Shown: piece after piece, positions 1-10,851 of the stretch | Layout: every line of letters begins with the position of its first letter | How positions within the stretch are numbered: the stretch's first letter is position 1 | Assembly: GCA_023231475.1 (NCBI GenBank) | Contig: JALJEE010002909.1 | Span: 1-64,000 of the forward strand | Length of the DNA: 64,000 bases | Direction of reading: 5' to 3' | Source: Seison nebaliae | Lineage: Eukaryota | Notes under the pieces: generated by a model | Told to the model about the DNA's origin: nothing | What the model saw: the letters and a program-made list of their open reading frames with translations, nothing else | Database searches by the model: none | Made by a program: the position numbers and the translations under genes

Positions 1-429
1 AAAGACGACGGAATTAAGAGAAAGAAAACGGTGAAATTCGCCGATGAATCCAGCAGTCATCGAATGTTCACTTTACATCTCATTCCGTCTCGTCACGAAC
101 AAGAACAATATGAAGAGACTGATGAAGATGATAACGATGACGATGATGATATTTCGGAAGAGAGTTCGGAAGATTCAAATTCGGAAAAAGAGTATTATTG
201 TCTTGATATCGGTTCATACGGTCAGAATCAGTTGAGAGTGAACGCCGATCGATTCCATCCGATCACTTTAGAACGATCACCTCGAAAGTTCTCCGACAAT
301 CGATCGAATGTGACGATAAATAACGCATCGATAGAAGCGTCACCAGTTAATGGAAATACGGACGAAAATTCTACTGACGATGTGTTGAACTATGAAATGT
401 TTTCCATCTCGAAGATGTTGGCATCATAA
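1..429 (+). CDS. 3' end of a gene entering from the left edge; acidic low-complexity tail with an RVxF-like motif (RKKTVKFAD)
   Basis: Frame open from base 1 to TAA at 427-429; D/E-rich. KTVKF resembles a PP1-docking motif. Family not recognised. Confidence 0.55.
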   Translation, partial: KDDGIKRKKTVKFADESSSHRMFTLHLIPSRHEQEQYEETDEDDNDDDDDISEESSEDSNSEKEYYCLDIGSYGQNQLRVNADRFHPITLERSPRKFSDNRSNVTINNASIEASPVNGNTDENSTDDVLNYEMFSISKMLAS

Positions 430-616
430 CTATCAATCAAAAGAACTGAATTTATTTATCTTTTAAAATTTCTCGGAAATTTGAAGGAAAAATTTTGGAG
501 ATTTTAATGAATTTTAATTAGAAATATTTTATATTATAAATAAAAAAAAAAACAAGTAAATTTAACTCGAATTGTTCCATTGTTTCATTTTGAACGAGAA
601 TTAAAATTCGCGTGAA

Positions 617-1709
617 ATGACTTCTGACAGCGATTATGCACTTCCCACCAATTTGAGTGAAGTGAAATTCCAGGATTCTGATTCCGTCACTTTCGAATCT
701 GATGGTACTTCCACAGTTCGTAAATATGTCGATACGAGAGTCCGTCGACGATTATTGAAGGCGTGTATTGGCGAAACGTTAGGAGTGTTCATTGTTATGT
801 TTGTGGGAATTGGAGCTGGTTCTATTCCTCCACTCTCTATCAACAATTCGAGAGGTGGTGGAAATGTTATTTGTGTCTCATTCGCCTTTGGAATAACGAT
901 CACATGTATGGTGTATTTATTGTTGGATTTGAGTGGTGGTCATTTGAATCCAATCATGACAATTTCTATTTTCATACTGAGAAACATCGATCGATTAACA
1001 GCGATAGCTTTCTTCGTTTCTCAAGTTCCTCATATTTCTCTTTTTAGTTTTATGAACATTTCCATTAAAATTTCCATGAAAATTTCTTATTGGTAGTTAG
1101 GTGGAAGTATATTAGCCTGTGTCACTCTGAGAGCCATATTGCCACATTCACGAGTGACGATGGTATTGAGATTGGGGAAATTCCACGACGAATTCTCCGA
1201 CGTCTCACAAGTCCAGGCGATTATTATGGAATTCATTTTAGCATTTGCTTTAGTTCTCGTTACATTGGCCGCCATCGATCTCAATCGAACAAACGCTTTA
1301 TTTATGACACCAATTTTCATCGGTTTCATCAATATCGCTTGTCATCTATTTGCAGTCTCATTTTTCATCCATTCAAATTATCATCATTTCGTCTTCAGTT
1401 ACCATATACGGGATGTGGATTGGGACCTGCTCGAGCTTTAGGTCCGGCTGTCGCCATGTTGGACTTCACCAATCAATGGGTTAGTCATTCGTATTGAGTT
1501 TTCCAAATTATTTTCAGATTTATTGGGTGGGACCGATATCGGGATCGATTTGTGGTTCGTTAATTTATGAAGTATTATATCGGGAATCAGCACCGTCAGT
1601 TCCACCACCGAAACCTGGGAAAAGTGCGTCAATTAAAGCGTCAGGCAAAGCTTCGGCTCAAACGGGTAACAAACTGAAGAAGATTATGGGAAAATCTAAA
1701 AAGAAATGA
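617..1709 (+). CDS. Aquaporin (MIP family) with non-canonical NPA motifs
   Basis: Exons 617-1024, 1097-1354, 1399-1479, 1518-1709 join in frame. MIP signatures GETLG, SGGHLNPI, SQ|LGG, MEFI, YTGCGLGPARALGPA, W|IYWVGP. Confidence 0.92.
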
Positions 1710-1911
1710 AAAATTAAAAAAAATTCTTCTTTTACGAGATTTGTTTGAGATAATAAAAAAAATGTCAATGAATTCAATTGAAATCTCAAATCGATCCATA
1801 GTAGATATTAAAGTCAAATGAAAAGAGAATTCGATTGAGCGAATTGGTGCAAGAGTTTCAAATTAAAATAAAATTAGATTGGAATTAGAACTAGATTGAT
1901 TCATTTCGAAT

Positions 1912-4737
1912 ATGCAGGAGAAGCGATCAGTTCGACTTGTACTCTACATGAAACTGGTATTTCATCGTCTCTCCATTCCCGAGTATCCCAATCAATGGAA
2001 ACCGGCACATTGGCAAATAATGATTAACGACGTCTTCAATTCATGGCGACGATGTTGTGCGATGAAAACGGAAAATCAATTATATCGTCGACTAATGATC
2101 AATTTGTATTTGAGGAATTTGAATCATTTGAACGAGATCTATAAAGAGAAATTCAAATTGTTAGTTGCTGGCGACATCGATATAATACCAGGGAAGAATA
2201 TCGTTCCCATCGAATACATGCGAACTCCGACGCGCTTCATTATGACGGATAAATTCCGCGATTATCTATTGACGCCCAATGAGGAGAGAAGTGCAGCGAT
2301 GATTCAGGATTGTAGTTTGATTTTGAAAATTTTCAATATTTATGATCGATTACCAAAAGCAATAAAGATTTTATTGATGAGAGAAGCGGAATTATTATAT
2401 GTACCTCGATTCCGTACAATTCTCAGACATAATCATCAATGTTACAATATCTATTTCTTATTGAGAGGAAAGATCGCCGTATATTTCGCCTCAGAGAGCC
2501 ATTACCCAATAGCGACGATTGGACCTCGAACATTATTCGGTTTATCAATCAATCATAATCTGCCCCGAGTTTGTACTTATCGATCATATACGTATTGTGA
2601 GATCATCAGTATTCCTCATTATCGTGTGCCGGTTTTGAAGAAATTGTTCTGGGAATTCTCGACGAAGAATTGTGAGATCTATTTGAAACAAAATTTCTTC
2701 TTCCACAATTGGGAAGAGGAACATATTAAACGATTAGTGAACAGTGCGTCACTTTGTTTCTATAAATCGAACGAACTCATCGAAACCGGTATGGCCGAAC
2801 CATCAGGTAACATCTATTTCGTTTTAGATGGTGAAGTCAAATATTTGACCACACTCCAACTACCTAGGAAGACGTTGAGACAATTATCGAAGTTGAATCT
2901 CTTTTCAAATTTTTCCGTTTTCCTAATTTGTTTCCATTAACAGATTCGCTGGAACGAAATGGAGAGATGCCCTCATTAATAAGGCAAGACATAGCCACAT
3001 CACGATGGAAGAGAAACCATCATTTGGTAATCTGTCCGTTAAGGACATGGATGAGAGTCCACCTCAACAAGTTATATCAGATCGTCTCCTGAAAGAATTA
3101 GACGTTGGTAGCACAAATTTGGTGTCGAAGAGTCTCCTCAATCTTCCACGCAAGTCTATGAGAAGTTTCCCTCAAAGTGAAACGACGAGTTTAGACAGTC
3201 CGTCAGAAGGATCAAACCGACAATCTCTAGCTAGTCACGATGATACGAGACGGAATCTGGTCAAACAAATCCTCCCAATGTTGGGCAAACATCCGAGACG
3301 ATCGATGAGTCGAAAACCGGAAAGTAATTTCCGCAGCTCTCGATATAGTACGTCGGTATCGTCTTCCGCTTTTCAAGGATCATTAAGATCCAGTTTGAGG
3401 ACCACCAGCTTGATGCAAAGAGGATCCATTTCCAAACCCAATCATATGAATAACGTATCGAAAAATATTTCTTCCGTACTCCTTCGACAAATCGGACGAC
3501 AAGGAATGGAGATCAACAAGAATTTCAATGCACTTGCACGTAGTTATATATCGTCACATCACATGACAGTGAGTGGGAAAGGTAGTGGTAAAGGCAGTTC
3601 GAAGCGAAGTGCATTACAGAAAAGAAGTAGGAAGAAATATGATACACTCGTTCTCAAAAAACCGGTGACACAAACTGTGGAAATGAATAATGTCTCCGCT
3701 TTCTCCACATACATCAATCAGACGAAACCGAATATCAAATTTGATAAAACATCAAATTCTCCTTTACCTCCTACTCATATCAGTAAACGACGTGCTCGTG
3801 AAAAGTCCGTCATCACTTTGAGATCGAAGAAACGACAATTTAATATCCTTCTCGACCAAGATTCGCCCGCCGAATCAGACACGAGAGTTGAAGCGGGTCG
3901 AACTCCGGCTTGGAACGAATTCTTCTCATTACTCGTCCAATATTCGGGCAGTAGTGAAGAAGGTGAAGAGCCTAAAGTGATGGAACCGGTACCACCAGCT
4001 CAAGTACCAGAAGAAACGGTAACGGAGAGATATGAACATGTCAAGAATGCCAATCAAATTCGTATGGACGTGAGAGAATCGTATCAACTGGAAGATGGGA
4101 TCGATTCAACGAAAACAAGTTCCTCTTTCAATTCGATTAAATTCCATAAATATTTCCGTTCCTTCCAGATGCGCATGATTGGGTGAAATTGGATTTGGAA
4201 ATTTTCGACTACATTCACCAGAAAACGAAGAAAGCCAACAAAAATTTTGAGACGAGCCATGAAATGGATTTTCTCCAACCGAGAACTAAAAATGAAATTT
4301 TTCTCCGTTTCGCCACATATCAAGCGAGTTCCTATTTCGGTTTCACTCAAGAAGACAGAGACTCATTCTACGTCAGTAATCGAGAGACGATCGTTTTAAA
4401 ATTGTCGAAAACTGTCATCAATGAAATTGTGGGAGTAAACAGTTCACTCAATCCGTTGAAATTGATGCAACGATTATTTAGTCAGGAATTGAAAATCGCT
4501 ACATATCAAGATCGATTGACCATTCTAATGGAAGTTGTCGATTGGGAATATTATAAGAAATCGTTAGTAGCTGATATCATTCGACGACGGCGAGGATATG
4601 AAGCAGCGAGAAAATACGAAAAACGATGTTACTTGTTACCTCGAGAGAAATGTTTCTTTGTACGACCGTGGAATGGCGACACTTATTCGTTGGGCAATCG
4701 AGTCTCTCACATCGAATTGAAAGAAACAGATTCATGA
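1912..4737 (+). CDS. Cyclic-nucleotide-binding domain protein (CNBD-like)
   Basis: Exons 1912-2891, 2944-4118, 4169-4737 join in frame. Two cNMP-type beta-barrel motifs (IYFLLRGKIAVY...IGPRTLFG...PRVCT; IYFVLDGEV...SSYFG). Confidence 0.7.
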
Positions 4738-4843
4738 TTGTTGATGATGGAAAGCGAAAATGAAAAATGGTTTTTTCTTTATTTAAATACGAACGATTTG
4801 AAATAAAGAATAACAAAAATTTTTCATTTGAATTTTTCATTTA

Positions 4844-5267
4844 ATGAATTTTTTAGAGAAATATGATTTTGTTTTGTTTAAAAATTGTTCCACTTTCGTC
4901 TTGCAAGATGAAGCATCGTTAGGTGAACGAATAGTTCAGGTTTTTTCCACCACAATTTCTTTACAGTATATTTGCCCTTCGATTATTTCAGATGTTTAAT
5001 TCGAAGACTGAAGAGTGTGTGGACGTGACACTCTTCGAATTCATCAAACTCAATTCGAATCGCATTCGCCTCTTCTTCATCACTTGTCTCATAATTGTGG
5101 CATCGCTCGTCATGGTGACATCAGACAGGAAAGTCAAAGAGAAATGGAATAAACTTCATGATCCGATGGTTGAATCTGAACTGGAAATGGAAAGTGATTG
5201 TGAATACGACAAGACACAATATCGACGTATTGATGATGATATGTATGAAATTGGTTATAGTCAATAA
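4844..5267 (+). CDS. Small single-pass membrane protein, unknown
   Basis: ATG 4844; intron 4940-4991 joins in frame to ORF 4992-5267. Hydrophobic LFFITCLIIVASLVMV segment, acidic tail. Confidence 0.5.
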
Positions 5268-5343
5268 ATTCCATGTCTTTCCCCCAAATAAATATTTTTG
5301 CGCTAGTCTCTCTCTAAAACATTAACTGAAATTCCCCTAAAAA

Positions 5344-7191
5344 ATGTTTCTTTACTTTATCTATCTTTCTTTTCTTATCCATCCAATTCCATCATATGAT
5401 GACGTTCCAAAAGATTATGGGAACATTTATTTGAGCAACGTCGAAGTGAAATTGTGGGAGTTCGAAGAGCAACGCACATTAACACTTAGTTCCTCCATCA
5501 ACATTTTACAGAATCAAAAACTTGTTTGGTCGAAAGAGCCAAATTATCCGATTTGTCAGTTCAATTCTGAGGAAGAAAAAAATAAATTCATTTTCCAATC
5601 ATCACCAATTACTGATGTGTCATGTAAATCATTTAGTTCCATTTTCTTCTCATATTCTCCTTATTTGAAAAAAATTTCCATTAGATAAATTGATTATTCC
5701 GTTATTCTCCTTGAAACATTTGGGAGTGTGGACTGCGAGATTGATGGAATTTAATCGTACAATTATCATGCATGAATTTATGTTCTTTGCCATTTCTGGT
5801 AAGCTTATAATATTTCTGGGAAATTATCCACTTCTTTTTTCAAGATGTCATTTTTCAAATTTCGTTGGATAAGGAATTCGAAGTGAAAGGAACGTCGTAT
5901 ATCGACGAGAATGAAAAGGAGAACGATTATTATTATGAGAAATGGAGAAGTTTAGTGAGCGATTCGAAGAGAGTTAGACGGGAATTTGGATAAGTTAAAA
6001 ATAAAATTATTTTATAGTATCAGAAAGATTTGAGTATGAATAATAAGTCAGATAGGAAGACCTCTCATCAGATGTTCATTCATGAATCGTTTAATGAGAA
6101 GTTGTACTTCTTCTGCTCCATCGTCCTACATTGTGGACAGGACGTGCACGATTGTTGGAACCGAATGAGATATCGATACAAAATAGAAGTGAAAGGAAAT
6201 CCCGGTTATTCGTATTTGTTGTTGAAGGATGTGGTGGAGGAGATGGAAATCAATATTTTCACTCGTTATTTAGCATATAATTATGTTAGTGGACAGAAAA
6301 TGTCATCTCAAAATCATCTTCCATTTCATAGAACATTACTCATCCATTATTATTGTACAAAATCGGTTTGTTATATGACAATCAATATATTTCCGGCACC
6401 GCTCAACATAACCATGCCGCTACAACATCAATCAGTTGTAATATCGATTTAAAAGGAACATTGTGGGATAGTGAAAAGAAGGAACAAGATCAATCAATTT
6501 TCCAATTCCAACAACAATTCATCGTGAAAGAACAAATTGAGGAAATGAACAATTTGGCCGGTTTCTATTTATCCAAATAATTTCCCATCACGTTTCTCAA
6601 CTAGTCAAACCAATTATCATATCGAATTTGTCGAATGAAGAGGACAAGAATATTTACAAATTCAACGTACCATCTCTCTTTCGAGATGATCGATGTTTTT
6701 TAGATCCGTTCTATAATCGTGAATTCCTGTTAAACAAACCATCAATTCAAGAGCGATCTGGAAAAATTGAAAAAATTCCTGTTTATATTCTCGATCAAGA
6801 AGAAACTGATGTTTTATCCGAGAAACATGAAAGAGAAGTTTTATTATTTTATTTTATATTATTTACCGTTTGATGGTTTTAGTTGAAATTATCAGCATCT
6901 AAGATTAAAGAGGCGGAACCGAAAAAGGAAAAAACTGGAGATTTGGAACGAATTCTCTTAATTACAATTCCAACCGGTCTCGTCATGTTATTTGGAATCG
7001 TTGTCATTGCCGCATTGGCAACCGTTTCCGGAGATAAAACGGCGGAAGATTTAGACATGCAATATGTGGATCATTCGTATGTGGTGCATAGTGGTCCAGA
7101 GGCGATGAGTGGCATCAGTGCAGCCAGTGGTGATCAATCGAATATGCACGAGACGGAGAGTAAATTGAAAAAGTCGAAGAGTAACTTTTAA
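5344..7191 (+). CDS. Orphan type I membrane protein, tandem paralog A
   Basis: Signal peptide MFLYFIYLSFLIHPIPS; short introns (5624-5684, 5799-5844, 5973-6017, 6285-6331, plus later ones) link the ORF fragments; C-terminal TM ILLITIPTGLVMLFGIVVIAAL. Confidence 0.7.
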
Positions 7192-7232
7192 ACAATTCCC
7201 TCATTCCCATAACGATAATTTGAGAAGAATAA

Positions 7233-9094
7233 ATGAACATTTATGTGGGATTGTTCACAATTTCCATTTATTACCGTTTCATTAAAACCACTTCTGTTCC
7301 GTCATGTACGGAGACAACCGGTCAATTCAATAAAGTCGTTTACGTTCATCAACATGAGTTCGCTCGCACTAAAATCATCAAATCACCATATGATGATATT
7401 GGTCAAGGTTCATGGTTGTTGTGGATAAAGGAACCGGTGAAACATATCTGTCTATTTCGCGGTGGTCTCTTTAAACGACGAGTGAATTTGGAGAAGGAAG
7501 AACAAATTCAACACGATGTATTTTGTAAATCAAACGGTTTACAATTCACTCCAAAAAAAATTCACTTTTCTCTACAGGTGACATTGTAATTTCTTCGTTG
7601 GATTTCCATCATCTCGGAATTTGGACAGCTAAAAAATTCAGCAATTCAACATTATTCGCTCTATACGAATTCATTCTATTTACCGTTACCGGTTAGTGAA
7701 ATATACTGGATAATTTTGTTGAAATATCATGCTTTAATTCAAATCAGATACGGAATTTCAAATGTCGATATCGAATAATTTCCGTTTACCTAATTTCAAA
7801 TCGCTATTTTTTCAAAACCCAAATTTAACATATTTCCTTCACAAAGTTCTTCCAATTCTCTTATAAATGAAATTCAATTCCAATTGAATGACTAGAATGA
7901 GATGAGGGAAATGAAACGGAAACGAACCATCAATGCACACGTTCATCAACTCTATATAAAGAAACTCTATTTCTCATGTTCCTTCGCTCTCCATTGTGGC
8001 GATGAGGTAAGGAATTGTTTGAGACGACTCGAAACTTATTTCATCATCCGATCGAGACATGACACAAATTATAAGTTTTATGAATTAGAAACGAATTTCC
8101 TTCCATCACAAGGAACAAACTATCGACGAAATTTAAAATATGATTTCGTTAGAATTTTCCTTTTTAACGAATTTGACCACTCTCATCATCCGATAATAGA
8201 AAGAGACTAATCCCAAATTATTCTATCGTTTCGGAACTATGGTTCGTCATGAACTCTTTTGTAAAGAAAGAAAAAAACCTTTGATGACACAATGTGACAT
8301 CGAATTAAGGGCGGCTATATATTCCGTCATTTTTTCGACGAATAATCCCGTTTTCAAATTTACTCAAGTAATCAAAATCAACGAATTGAATCAGTTAGAT
8401 CGGAAAGTTGAACGAGAACATTTCGTCGGTTAATTTAAAAGTTGAAAAAAATAGAAATTAAATGACAGAATGAAAATTTAGTAATTCCCATTCGAATCGA
8501 TAAGACGTCACTCGGAAACATATTTAATTCTACCACATTCTTCCGCAATCAATTATCAATCGTGAGGAATGATGATTTACTTCCTAGGAAATTGGATATT
8601 TCCATCAAATCTCTCCTCGATGACGAGCAATATAATCGAATACTAATTAGCGATTTGAATCGACATGAATTGAGAGTTACTGATCGATCAATATATCACG
8701 TTATCATTTTCCAATGGTTTTTTTTTATCACTAAATTTATTCAATTTTTCAGTTACATCAAATCGTCAAATTAAATTATTTGGCTACTCATCCATTGGAC
8801 TTTCCTTATATTTCCACGTTCGGTTACACTGTACTTTTCATTGTCTCTCTATTGAGCGCGATGGTTTTAAGTCTTATTTCATTAACAATACTCTCATTTG
8901 ACACGGAGGAGGATGTTAGTGAAGAATTATATTTGGAATCGTCAACCTTCGAAACACGATCGAGTGTGCGCGACAGTTCATTCCGAATGTCGAGTACAAG
9001 AAATTCATTTCGCAATTCCGAACGTCTTTCTGCATTGGGTCGAAGATCGATGAAATTACTCATACTAAATGAAAGAAATACAATTGGACAATGA
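7233..9094 (+). CDS. Orphan type I membrane protein, tandem paralog B
   Basis: Shares ordered motifs with gene A (LWIKEP/VWSKEP, LGIWTA/LGVWTA, LYFSCSFALHCG/LYFFCSIVLHCG, CDIEL/CNIDL); C-terminal TM; multi-exon. Confidence 0.65.
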
Positions 9095-9162
9095 ATTCCT
9101 TAATTATTTTTTAATGTGAATAAAGTTGAAATTTTTTTGATTTGCAATTGCAAGTTGGATTT

Positions 9163-9569
9163 ATGCGGATTCCTTTCAATTTCCTCCAAATCTTCTTCAT
9201 CTCTCACGAACTGACAAACGTCTATGGAGATAAATACCAGTTGACGGAAAGGTTGAGAGCGAACATCTTCCGATTGGATACGGGATGTTTCCGCACCTAT
9301 ACTATGAGTGATTATTGGCAACAAGATTATCTTCTCGTCATCTCACTCTGTACCATCATTTGTGTGCTCGCTATGTTCTTCCTCAATCTCTGCTTCTTCC
9401 TCATCAACATCTGTCTCACTTGTTTCGGACATTGGCGAGTGTGGGCGAAAGGCAAGAAGAGTTAGTAAATTTTCTTACAAAACTCAAATAAAATTATGGA
9501 TTAATTTCAGAAAATAATCGAGCTCGTCCCAAATTTCTCCGATTAAATAAACGCAATTTTGAAAGATAA
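9163..9569 (+). CDS. Small Cys-rich membrane protein, unknown
   Basis: ATG 9163; long hydrophobic Cys-containing segment; intron 9461-9510 gives a basic tail ending at TAA 9567-9569. Confidence 0.45.
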
Positions 9570-10005
9570 CGCTAACTAAATTCTTCAGATTAATTGAAAA
9601 AGTGTTCAAATTATTTTTATTTTCCTCTTTGTTCTTCACACATTTAATCTTCTCCTACTGATCCAATTAAGAAAGATTATGAGTTTATCCAACTCATTTA
9701 TTCCATCAATTAATAAATAAACGAATTTAATTTTTTTCCATAACAATACAATAAATTAATGAGATTTTTTGTGGATTTTGGAAAGTTGAATTTTTATTTT
9801 AAATTTTATAGAAATTATTCAATTCAATAACCATCAGAATTTCAGAAACCATTTCTGATGATAATTATTATAATAATACTAAAACGTCAATTAACTAATG
9901 ATAATAGTTTAACAATCTTCACTTTTAGTCCTGGTAACAGGAAAAAATTAATATAACGAAATAACTAAAAATTTTTTTCACGTTGAATTTTTAGCCGGAA
10001 GGGAA

Positions 10006-10638
10006 ATGAGTCGAAGAATCTTGAAAGAATTGGAAGTGATTGGAAGGGAATCTTTCCATTTCGGGAGAACTTTACCGGAGATTTGTTTACGATTACCAAA
10101 TCATGGAATTGGGAGATTATTCACCAGATTTTTATGGTTCAAATATCCAGGTAATTTTTCTCCATTTTTTTCAATTTCTAATTAATTTCTCGTTTCAGAA
10201 AAATCGTTCATCAAATTAAAAAAATTTCAACCGTCATTCAACAGTCTAACTCGATTTCCAAGAATTCAAGAAGAACAAAAAGATTTCGTCGAATTGGAAC
10301 AAACATATCCGGAAGTGGAAGATATTCCGAATGATGGGAAATATTTGACAGATCAAATATTCCGAAACGAATTGAAGAAAAATGTAGAAATAACGAATGG
10401 GAATTGTGCAGATTGGATGCTCATTCCAAAAGATGAGGAACAACAATGGTTTTACCAGATTGATAAGAATGTGAAGAAAAATAATCCAATTCCTCAAACA
10501 CTTCCCATTCCACCTCTCCTCGTTCATCAATATGAAATGTGTCGAAAAGATTTGACTGAAGAAGAATTAGAGAAATTGAATTGGAAGAAAGAAAAGAAAT
10601 ATGAAATGGAATTTATCCCTTATGAAAGAAAAGAATAA
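10006..10638 (+). CDS. MRPS34: Mitochondrial ribosomal protein S34-like
   Basis: Exons 10006-10150 and 10199-10638 in frame. GRTLPEICLRLPNHGIGRLFTRFLWFKYPEKSF and DWMLIPKDEE match the mRpS34 family pattern. Confidence 0.72.
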
Positions 10639-10851
10639 ATCTCATCGTTTCAATGTGAAATTGGAGAGATTGTAGAGAAAAGCTTAAAATTTAAATATTT
10701 TTTTTAAATAAAAATTTTATATCAATTAATCTCTTCATTTGAACATTTTCCACTTGTCATGTCTGTTGCGTGATGATGCAGTATCGTATCATTCCATAAG
10801 GAAATAAAACTTGAAAAATTCAAGAAAATTTAATTTGGTGGAATTATTATT

